Source: an uncultured Clostridia bacterium
Lineage (GTDB): Bacteria; Bacillota; Clostridia; Christensenellales; UBA1242
DNA length: 64,000 bases
Direction of reading: 5' to 3'
Assembly: GCA_934747885.1 (NCBI GenBank)
Contig: CAKVHE010000002.1
Coordinates: 258,447 to 322,446 of the forward strand
Each line of letters begins with the position of its first letter. Positions within the stretch are counted from its first letter, which is position 1. The notes under the pieces were generated by a model. It saw only the letters and a list, made by a program, of their open reading frames with translations, was not told the DNA's origin and ran no database searches. Shown in pieces: positions 55,591 through 63,164 of the stretch. Made by a program: the position numbers and the translations under genes.

Positions 55591-55625
55591 TTTTTGCAAT
55601 TTTTTAAAATTTTTTATTGCAAAAA
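55591..55625. repeat. Inverted repeat (10-bp arms, 15-bp AT spacer) between divergent promoters; candidate operator
   Basis: tttttgcaat (55591-55600) and attgcaaaaa (55616-55625) are perfect reverse complements, separated by tttttaaaatttttt. Confidence 0.5.
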
Positions 55626-55639
55626 ATCAGTCAAATTTA

Positions 55640-55670
55640 TTAGACAAAGGGGTAGGCTTTGTGTTATGAT
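55640..55670 (+). promoter_or_regulatory. Extended -10 promoter for pilin-like gene 1
   Basis: TG at 55662-55663, then t, then TATGAT (55665-55670). A weak -35 TTAGAC (55640-45) lies at 19-nt spacing. Confidence 0.4.
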
Positions 55671-55691
55671 ATTTTTAGTTAGGAGAGAAAA

Positions 55692-56024
55692 ATGAAATTG
55701 TTATATAGACTCGCAAATTTGGGAAATATTTTACTAACAAACACTAGCGAAAGCGTAACCGATCCAAATTCAAACGCTGCCACCGACCCAATCTATGATT
55801 TTTTGGACATTTTTGGTCCGGTGCTTATGAGTTTGCTTTTGGCAGTGGGAATAATTTATTCCATTGTGCTTGGCGTGCAATACAGTAAGGCAGAATCGGG
55901 TGACGAGCGCGATACAGCCAAGAAAAAAATGACCAACGCCATAATTGGTTTTGCCACCATTTTGGTACTAATTGTTATTTTGTATGCACTAAGACGTCCG
56001 CTGGTTGCATGGCTGACTGAGTAA
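55692..56024 (+). CDS. Pilin-like two-TM small membrane protein (VirB2/TrbC-like architecture), paralog 1
   Basis: 110 aa with a strong RBS aggagag. Polar N-terminal segment, TM1 GPVLMSLLLAVGIIYSIVLGV, charged loop QYSKAESGDERDTAKKK, TM2 AIIGFATILVLIVILYAL. Confidence 0.55.
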   Translation: MKLLYRLANLGNILLTNTSESVTDPNSNAATDPIYDFLDIFGPVLMSLLLAVGIIYSIVLGVQYSKAESGDERDTAKKKMTNAIIGFATILVLIVILYALRRPLVAWLTE

Positions 56025-56062
56025 AGTTTTTGTCAAATTTTGTAAAAAAGGCATCAATTTAT

Positions 56063-56091
56063 TTGCTAAGCCCTTTAAAATATGTTAAAAT
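56063..56091 (+). promoter_or_regulatory. Sigma-A-like promoter for pilin-like gene 2
   Basis: TTGCTA (56063-56068), 17-nt spacer, TAAAAT (56086-56091), with TG at 56083-56084. Confidence 0.45.
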
Positions 56092-56124
56092 GAAAACACT
56101 ATAAAATATTAGGAGGAAAAATAA

Positions 56125-56457
56125 ATGAACTTTTTGCTAAGAATGGCAATGATGCTAACAACAACAACCGAAGATGCAACATCTGGCTTGAATGCTGCTG
56201 GACAAACACTTAAAAGTACTTTAAGTAAAGTGCTAAAAGTTGTATTGCCAATTATTTTCAGTGTCATTACAGCCGTTGGTGTTGTATACTGCGTAATTTT
56301 GGGCGTTAACTACGCCAAAGCAGAAAAGACTGAAACTCGTGAAGAAGCTAAAAAGCGTTTAATTGGTGCAATTGTTGGTTTTGGTATCGCAATTGTTGCT
56401 TCGCTTATTTTGTGGATCCTATTTGGAACAAGCATTTTCGATACTATTTTTGCTTAG
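56125..56457 (+). CDS. Pilin-like two-TM small membrane protein, paralog 2
   Basis: 110 aa with a strong RBS aggagg. The core AVGVVYCVILGVNYAKAEKTETREEAKKRLIGAIVGFGIAIVASLILWIL aligns without gaps to paralog 1, at roughly half identical residues by eye. Confidence 0.55.
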   Translation: MNFLLRMAMMLTTTTEDATSGLNAAGQTLKSTLSKVLKVVLPIIFSVITAVGVVYCVILGVNYAKAEKTETREEAKKRLIGAIVGFGIAIVASLILWILFGTSIFDTIFA

Positions 56458-56516
56458 GAAATCGCAAATTGATAGAAAGAAGTTTATATTTCCTCTATCA
56501 AAGAGTCAATCAAAAA

Positions 56517-56549
56517 ATAATCACCTCGTTTGGGGTGATTATTTTTTTG
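56517..56549 (+). terminator. Strong rho-independent terminator after the pilin-like genes
   Basis: 9-bp stem ataatcacc (56517-56525) / ggtgattat (56534-56542), followed by a T7 run. Confidence 0.8.
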
Positions 56550-56606
56550 TGAAAAATTTTTACGCAAAAAAAATTGCAAAAAGTGACAAAATAGCGCAAA
56601 ATCGTT

Positions 56607-56634
56607 TTGTTATTTTTGGCGATTGTGTTACACT
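56607..56634 (+). promoter_or_regulatory. Candidate promoter for the giant gene
   Basis: TTGTTA (56607-56612), 16-nt spacer, TACACT (56629-56634), with TG at 56626-56627. Confidence 0.35.
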
Positions 56635-56718
56635 AGTAGTAGCTAAAATTATATCCGCTTTAAAGAATAAATATATAAAACAATTACACACACTAATAAA
56701 AACAAAACATAGGTAGTT

Positions 56719-59700
56719 ATGAACAAGTTACTTCAAATAATTTTTAGCCTAAATAGTTTGGTCGGTGCCAATGGGGCGGGGGCATCGTCTTCTAGCAATG
56801 CCGGTCAATCTTCGGGTGGAGATGGGCTTAGTACTTTTTTTGCCGGTTTACTTAATGTTCTTAGCAAAGTAGGCAAGTTTTTGTGGTCACTTTTGATTAA
56901 CCTTGCTTATGGTCTAGTAAAGTTTTGTTTAAATTTTGTAGACTTGTTGCAGTTTTTTGTTCAAAAACTGGTTGGTATAGATGCATTTACTAGAGAGGGC
57001 GGTTTTAAAAGCCTTTCTAGCTTAAAAGATACCGACATTATTGTTCGGTTTATTTTGCAAGATGGCGTGCTAAAAGTCTTTAAATCTATTGTAATAATTG
57101 CCATAATTTTAATCATCATATTTGCTATTCTTGCCATAGTGCGTTCCAACTACGAGGCTGCAATAGACGGTAGCGGAAAAGAAACAGGCAAGGGTACTTG
57201 GGATACCATTCGCAAATCGTTTAGGGCGCTGGTTATGATTGCCATTGTGCCAATTTTGCTTATTGCTGGTGTAATTGGCTCAAATGCCGTGCTAGCATCT
57301 ATTTGTAATGCCATAAAGGGCGACAATGATCTCACCATAGGTGGGCTAATTTTTAATGCCTCGGCATACAACGCAAACAAATACCGCGAATACGCAACCA
57401 CAGGGGTGCGTACGCCAATGCTGGTTTCTAGTGGTACTGAGGTGGTAAACCCTTCTTCTTATCGCACCAACAAAGATATGCAAGTTTTGTTTTACAAACT
57501 AGCAACCAACAAAATTTATATTCAATATGTTTCTGACGATCAAGATTTTATTGACAAACAGCGCACAAGCTATTTGTGGGCCGATTATATCACCGAAGAA
57601 GACGCTAGGCTAGACGAAGAAGAGGCAGCAATAAGTGATTATATGCGTCAATTTTTTAACGACTTTAAGGAGTTTTATCGCACCTATTGCCAAGATGGGT
57701 TGTTTAGTTCGTTGCCGCTGGACAAAATGAATATGGGCTCTAATATGATCACTAGCATTTACCGAACCAATTTCAAGCGCAACAAGCAATATCGTGATGC
57801 GCACTTTGATTTTGCAACCACTTACTATGCATCTGGCACCATAAATTGTGGCTCAAAAGATGATGGCAGTTCAATTTTTGCATCAATAATTGAAAATAGC
57901 AAAAACTATAGTGATTACGAAACCTTTGCAACCATTCCGCAAGAATATTATGTTATGGCGGATATGATGGACTATGCCATTGAGCATAACGTAAGATTTT
58001 ATATGGTAAATGCCAACAACAGTTCTATTTTGTGGAGCAACATAAAACTTACAAGCGACGAAGATGCCGAAGAGGTTAATATTGACGAATATGTCAAGGG
58101 CGATATTTATCAAAGCCCAAGTGGTAGGTATTATCAAAGTACCGGCACCGATTTTAAAAAGATAGCAAGCAATTATTTTTATGTTCAATACTATGATGGA
58201 ACAACTCGCGCATATTGGTCCAAGGATGGCGCAACCAGTGAAAACGAGGGCGCAACCTACATTATTTGTGTGCGTGGCGTGGGCGATCAAGAGGGTAAAT
58301 TTATTCCGGTAACTCAAAGCACCACCGACTTTCGATCAAACTTTTTGTCATCATCTTATAATGGTCCAATTGTGGCACGTGGCGTGTTTGCGGTTGACTT
58401 TTTCCCGGCTGACTACAATGAGCCAAGCGCTATTAGCGAACAAAAAGTGGATGAAGATGGCAACGAAATTATTACTAAAAATGTAGTTTCGCCATTCTCG
58501 GTGTCGGACACTCGCTCGCTTACCGAAAAAATAGACTCAACCGACTTGCGTCAAGCCACTGCAGTTGGCAAGGTTGTGTCGCTAGTTGGCAACTTTGTAA
58601 AAGATGTTGCTTCCTCTATTGGTGGCGCAATAAACAACAGTTTTATGCTTATTGGCGAAGAAGCGGACGGCAAATTGTATCAAAACTCAAACATAAAGTA
58701 TTTTGCCTACAATAAAAATGCTGCCGGTAGTGTTACATCTGTGGTGTTTTATGACGAAAGCGGAAGGAAAATAACCATTGGCGGACGTGACTCTACCAAC
58801 CGGTTAAATACCGAAATTACTGTAAAAAGTATAGAAACCGTTACCGATTATTTACTGCTTCAAAATAGTGTGTATGGCGCTTATGTAATTCCGTGGACGG
58901 CTTATGATGCCGGTGGTGGACTTATTAGCACCTTAATTGCAATGGAAAGTGCTTCTTTTTCGGACGATGCCAAACACTTGACAGTTGCGCAGTATTCTTA
59001 TGACAAAGTTACTTTTAAAGACGGCAACGGCAAGGATATAACTATGTTCCTAAATTGCCGCTTTAATGGTGTTGCAAGAGGCAATGCAAGTAATTTAACC
59101 AATAGCAGTAGTTACGTAAAATCTGGCGAATTTTATGTTTATGACCAAATTTCCTCTCAATTTTTGGGCATCGGTCGTGACGTGTATTTGCAACGCAAGG
59201 CAAACTTGGTTGTTACAGATACGGCAATTATGGAAACGAACGGCAATGTGCTTTTTGATATGGACAACATAGAAGGTTTGTATGACAACGTTGGTGTAAA
59301 GTATGTTAAAAAAGGTCTCAACTTTTTAAAGACAATTGTTGAACAAAATATAAGTATTGCTAGCTTTAACAATATTTATCGTAGCATAACTAAGACTGCT
59401 GTAAGTGGGGTTGAACTTATTCCGTCTGTTATGGCATCTGAAATGCGTGCAGGTCTGTCAGCAAAAGTAAGGGAGTTTGACCGCAGCTATTATAGCGTAG
59501 ATTATGCCGAAGAAATTGATGGCAAGCCATCAACTTCCGGAACCATAACCTTTAAAGATCGCAACAACAATGAGCTAGCGGAAACCTTTGAATTTACCAG
59601 CGTAGAAAAAGTAGAAAAAACCACAACGTTATATATCGGCGTGGCTATGCGCGGTTACAAAGTAGCGAGTGGCTATCGAGTCGATCCAAACAACGCAAGT

Positions 59701-62700
59701 TATGCCGTTTTAACAGATAGTCCGTCTTATACAAAATATGAAGATGATACTATTCCAAGAAATATTTTGGAATCTATCCAATCGGCTCTTGGCTACGTGG
59801 ACAACCGAACTGAAACCAATCGCTTGGTTTATACCTATCCATTAACAGTAAAATATTCTTATTCGGCGTACAAGTCTTCGGCGGGCAGGTCAATTATTTT
59901 GGGTGCGTCTATCAATGATGTGTCGATTGGTACACCAACCAGTAGTTTGAGTAGATATGTTGCACCAACCAACTTGCTAGAAATAAAAAATGGCAATGTT
60001 TATTGCCGTAGCCTAAACCAATATGTGGCAACGCGCGATAGTTTGAAAGAACTTATTGCACAAAGCACCACAAACAATGTTTATTTTAGCGGCACAAAAA
60101 ATGACGAAGATGCTGTTATCAACCCAGGCTTTGGCTTAAATTCTTCAGGAAGCGAAAGTGGGGTGAATGTTTCTTCGGCGTGGAACACAACTAGTGTTGC
60201 TGAATATGATGACTTTTACATTTACTTTTCTCGTGGCAAAATTTCGGGCGGGTTACTCTTTGACCTTGCTTTGCAAATACCAACTATTGATATTTTTGAC
60301 CTTTCAAAAATACGCTTAATATTCCGCTTTAAACTTGCATGGGTGCACCATTACACCGAAAACGTTTTGTATCGTTTGCAGGCTGGCGGGTATGTGCTAG
60401 ATTACAACTTTAGACCAGAAAGCGGTATTGGCATTGGATATTTGTTTACCTTGGGTAACATTGATCCGCTTGTTTTAGTGTTCTCAACCGCGCTAGTTAT
60501 AAACATCTTGCTTCGTATGGTTTGGGGCTTAATTGCTCGTATTTTTGAAATTGTAATTTTGTTCATTTTGTCACCGGGCTTTATTTCAACTATGCCGTTT
60601 GATGGTGGTGACAACTTTGGCAAGTGGCAAAAATCTATAATAGAAAAAGTTTTGGTAGCCTATGGCGATTTAATAACACTAAACTTATACTTTGTACTAG
60701 TTCCTTTGCTAAAAGACGTAACTACGGGACTAGTTAAGTACGAAGACTTACCAACAACAATAACCGGAGTTACAGCAATGATCAAAATGCCATTATCTAG
60801 TATTTTTGCAACCATAAAATCAGGTATAGCGGCAGGGCTTGCAAGCATCGGGTCGTTGTTTACCAAAATTGGTACTATTGGAGGCGGCAAACTTTGTGGT
60901 GCAATTGGTACAAATGTGCTTCTTGATGCCGCAACCGATTCGCAACTGGTTATTATTGAATATGTAAACCGACTAATTTACATTTTGTTCTTCTTGGTTT
61001 TAACAACCATGCTACAAACGATGCCTAGCGTAATAAGCAAAATTATTGGTGCAGAAGATACAGCAGCAAGCAAAGGTGATGCAACCAAGAAAAATGTTAA
61101 GGACAACGTAAACAAAGTTGCCGATTATACCTCAGGTAGAGCAATAAAGGCGGAAGTAAAAGATCTTGCAAACACGGCGGTAAGCTTTACGCCAAAATGG
61201 GCGATAGATGGTGCCAAGACACTTGCAGTAAAAGCCGCAGGTGCAATTGCTGGTGGCGTATCAAAGGTTGCTGGCAAGGCAGTAAATTCCAAGGCTGGAC
61301 AAGCGGTAGTAAAAGGCGTTAAGGCGGTTGGCGAAGGCGCCAAAAACTTTGCTCAACAAACCAAAGAAACCGTACAAGATGCCTTTAAAGGCATAAAGGG
61401 TCGAGAAAATAATACGGTGCCAAAATTTGATCCAAAAACTCAAACGGAAAAGCAAATTGAACACGAAATGGCTGATTATAACCCTGAAGATATTTTGGAT
61501 CAAACAACCGAAGAAGAATTGGACAAACGCGCAGAAGAAATTAACAAAATGCCGGATGACGTTGCAGAGTCGATGCAAGCCTTGCTTAACAACATTAGTG
61601 GGCGTATGGATCAGCTAAACAAAGATGTAGAAGACAAAATGAATAAATTCTACGAAGAGTTGGAACTTGCAAGTGATGTGTCGGCTGAAGAGCAAAAGAA
61701 ACTGGAAGAAAACCTAGAAAGTTTGCGCAGTCAGGTTTCGGACGAAGAACTAGACAATCAACTATCAACAAGCAAAACCGAACTAGAAAATGCACGCGCT
61801 AAATTGCAAAAAATTGAGGCCCTTTACCGTCAAGAAGGGGTAGAAGGCAAGTCCAAATACTATGTTCAAAACGAAAAAGGTGACTGGGTTGAATCCACAG
61901 CGGGAACTCCGGGTGCAAAACGTGTTGGTCAAATAAAGCAAGAACTTACTCAAACCTTTGAACAAGCGCGTGGCGAGTATCGTGCGGCCGAAGAGCAAAA
62001 ACAAGTCCGCGAAGAAATACAAAAGAACATAAATACCGAAATTGCAAAGCAAGAAAAGTATATGGAAGCAACTGGCAAATCGTTTGCCGAGGTTGATCCA
62101 GAACTTATTGCAGAGTTTGGCGATAGTGAACTGAAAAAACGCGTGAATGACGCTACCGTAGCAAAAGATTTAACCAACGAACTTTCAAAGGCAGTACACA
62201 CTCAAGACGGCACAAGCGTCTTAAACGAAGAAGAGCTTAAAAAGATGTTTGAGTCGGATAAGTTTAAGGATCTAATAAAGCAGTCGGGCGACATTACAAC
62301 TGACGAAGATTCCGCAAAACTAGAAAAGGCTCAAAAATACGCAGAAAATGTTGATAAGTATCAGGCCGAACTTGATGAAATTGCACGTAAAAAACAAGCA
62401 ACTAGTGAGTACAACGCCCTAAAAGATGCCTTAAAGGCCGCACAAATGAACAATGAGTACGACTTAAAAATTGCTGAGTTAGATCAACAATTAAAACAAA
62501 AATTTGAGGAACTAGCCAAAGAAACAGATGCGTCTGCAAAGATGGTGTTGGAAACTCAAATAAGCCAACTAAAACGCAGTATGTCAATGGCAAAAGAGTC
62601 CAAGTTTGAGGCGCAATTTGATGGCTACAAAAACAATATTGATGCGCGAAATGAAACACTAAGACGCAACCGCGCCGAATATAGCGACGCAAGACTAGAG

Positions 62701-63090
62701 CGAAATATTGACATAAGCAACAATCCAAAATTGCTTGAGCAATGCCATGATAGGCTGGTAGCGCGTGTTGCGGCTGAACGTGACAACCAAAGTATGCGTG
62801 ACGAAGCAATGGAACTTGCAAAACAAAATGGCGCAAAAACATCAACGGAAGAATACAACAATTTGCAAAGTCAAGTTCAAGCACTAGAAGATCAAATTGC
62901 TCGTGGAGGTTTGTCGGGAACTCAAAAGGCAGCAACCGAAGAGGAACTAACCGCAAAACTTTCTCAAGTTTCGGCAACCGAAAAATATATGGCGCTTGCT
63001 CGTGAAGCCCGTGAGGCTCAGGCGAGAATAAGCAAATTAACGGACTCAATCAATAAGGCCAACGAAAAAATTAACCACACCGGCGCCTAA
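56719..63090 (+). CDS. Giant (2123 aa) polytopic membrane protein; candidate VirB6/TrbL-like channel component with large ectodomain and long coiled-coil tail
   Basis: Uninterrupted ORF. Gly/Ser-rich N-terminus. Hydrophobic helices at aa ~54-74, 123-141 and 170-196. A ~1000-aa soluble region follows. A second TM cluster lies at aa ~1235-1440 (e.g. LVLVFSTALVINILLRMVWGLIARIFEIVILFILSPGF). Next is a Lys/Ala/Gly-rich stretch, then a ~550-aa Glu/Lys/Gln-rich heptad-like tail. Confidence 0.6.
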   Translation: MNKLLQIIFSLNSLVGANGAGASSSSNAGQSSGGDGLSTFFAGLLNVLSKVGKFLWSLLINLAYGLVKFCLNFVDLLQFFVQKLVGIDAFTREGGFKSLSSLKDTDIIVRFILQDGVLKVFKSIVIIAIILIIIFAILAIVRSNYEAAIDGSGKETGKGTWDTIRKSFRALVMIAIVPILLIAGVIGSNAVLASICNAIKGDNDLTIGGLIFNASAYNANKYREYATTGVRTPMLVSSGTEVVNPSSYRTNKDMQVLFYKLATNKIYIQYVSDDQDFIDKQRTSYLWADYITEEDARLDEEEAAISDYMRQFFNDFKEFYRTYCQDGLFSSLPLDKMNMGSNMITSIYRTNFKRNKQYRDAHFDFATTYYASGTINCGSKDDGSSIFASIIENSKNYSDYETFATIPQEYYVMADMMDYAIEHNVRFYMVNANNSSILWSNIKLTSDEDAEEVNIDEYVKGDIYQSPSGRYYQSTGTDFKKIASNYFYVQYYDGTTRAYWSKDGATSENEGATYIICVRGVGDQEGKFIPVTQSTTDFRSNFLSSSYNGPIVARGVFAVDFFPADYNEPSAISEQKVDEDGNEIITKNVVSPFSVSDTRSLTEKIDSTDLRQATAVGKVVSLVGNFVKDVASSIGGAINNSFMLIGEEADGKLYQNSNIKYFAYNKNAAGSVTSVVFYDESGRKITIGGRDSTNRLNTEITVKSIETVTDYLLLQNSVYGAYVIPWTAYDAGGGLISTLIAMESASFSDDAKHLTVAQYSYDKVTFKDGNGKDITMFLNCRFNGVARGNASNLTNSSSYVKSGEFYVYDQISSQFLGIGRDVYLQRKANLVVTDTAIMETNGNVLFDMDNIEGLYDNVGVKYVKKGLNFLKTIVEQNISIASFNNIYRSITKTAVSGVELIPSVMASEMRAGLSAKVREFDRSYYSVDYAEEIDGKPSTSGTITFKDRNNNELAETFEFTSVEKVEKTTTLYIGVAMRGYKVASGYRVDPNNASYAVLTDSPSYTKYEDDTIPRNILESIQSALGYVDNRTETNRLVYTYPLTVKYSYSAYKSSAGRSIILGASINDVSIGTPTSSLSRYVAPTNLLEIKNGNVYCRSLNQYVATRDSLKELIAQSTTNNVYFSGTKNDEDAVINPGFGLNSSGSESGVNVSSAWNTTSVAEYDDFYIYFSRGKISGGLLFDLALQIPTIDIFDLSKIRLIFRFKLAWVHHYTENVLYRLQAGGYVLDYNFRPESGIGIGYLFTLGNIDPLVLVFSTALVINILLRMVWGLIARIFEIVILFILSPGFISTMPFDGGDNFGKWQKSIIEKVLVAYGDLITLNLYFVLVPLLKDVTTGLVKYEDLPTTITGVTAMIKMPLSSIFATIKSGIAAGLASIGSLFTKIGTIGGGKLCGAIGTNVLLDAATDSQLVIIEYVNRLIYILFFLVLTTMLQTMPSVISKIIGAEDTAASKGDATKKNVKDNVNKVADYTSGRAIKAEVKDLANTAVSFTPKWAIDGAKTLAVKAAGAIAGGVSKVAGKAVNSKAGQAVVKGVKAVGEGAKNFAQQTKETVQDAFKGIKGRENNTVPKFDPKTQTEKQIEHEMADYNPEDILDQTTEEELDKRAEEINKMPDDVAESMQALLNNISGRMDQLNKDVEDKMNKFYEELELASDVSAEEQKKLEENLESLRSQVSDEELDNQLSTSKTELENARAKLQKIEALYRQEGVEGKSKYYVQNEKGDWVESTAGTPGAKRVGQIKQELTQTFEQARGEYRAAEEQKQVREEIQKNINTEIAKQEKYMEATGKSFAEVDPELIAEFGDSELKKRVNDATVAKDLTNELSKAVHTQDGTSVLNEEELKKMFESDKFKDLIKQSGDITTDEDSAKLEKAQKYAENVDKYQAELDEIARKKQATSEYNALKDALKAAQMNNEYDLKIAELDQQLKQKFEELAKETDASAKMVLETQISQLKRSMSMAKESKFEAQFDGYKNNIDARNETLRRNRAEYSDARLERNIDISNNPKLLEQCHDRLVARVAAERDNQSMRDEAMELAKQNGAKTSTEEYNNLQSQVQALEDQIARGGLSGTQKAATEEELTAKLSQVSATEKYMALAREAREAQARISKLTDSINKANEKINHTGA

Positions 63091-63117
63091 TACAAAAAAT
63101 AGTGCAAAAACGCGGTA

Positions 63118-63137
63118 GGCGGGAACCTTTTCCCGCC
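63118..63137 (+). other. GC-rich hairpin between the giant gene and the ATPase gene (no T-run)
   Basis: Stem ggcggga (63118-63124) / tcccgcc (63131-63137) with a 6-nt loop. It is followed by tgacgcaaaa, so it is not a classical terminator. It may be a processing or stability element. Confidence 0.35.
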
Positions 63138-63164
63138 TGACGCAAAAATATTAAGGAGAATACA

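Noticed and set aside
56363-56716. 117-aa plus-strand ORF overlapping the end of pilin-like gene 2 and the intergenic region
   Set aside because: It starts inside the better-supported pilin-like gene in another frame. It also reads straight through the strong terminator hairpin at 56517-56549 and the candidate promoter of the giant gene.
62402-63049. 215-aa minus-strand ORF, with several 60-140-aa ones (57883-58317, 61261-61578, 61783-62052), inside the giant gene
   Set aside because: They lie antisense to Glu/Lys-rich coiled-coil coding sequence, which naturally lacks stop codons on the opposite strand. The products are Leu/Phe/Cys-rich nonsense.
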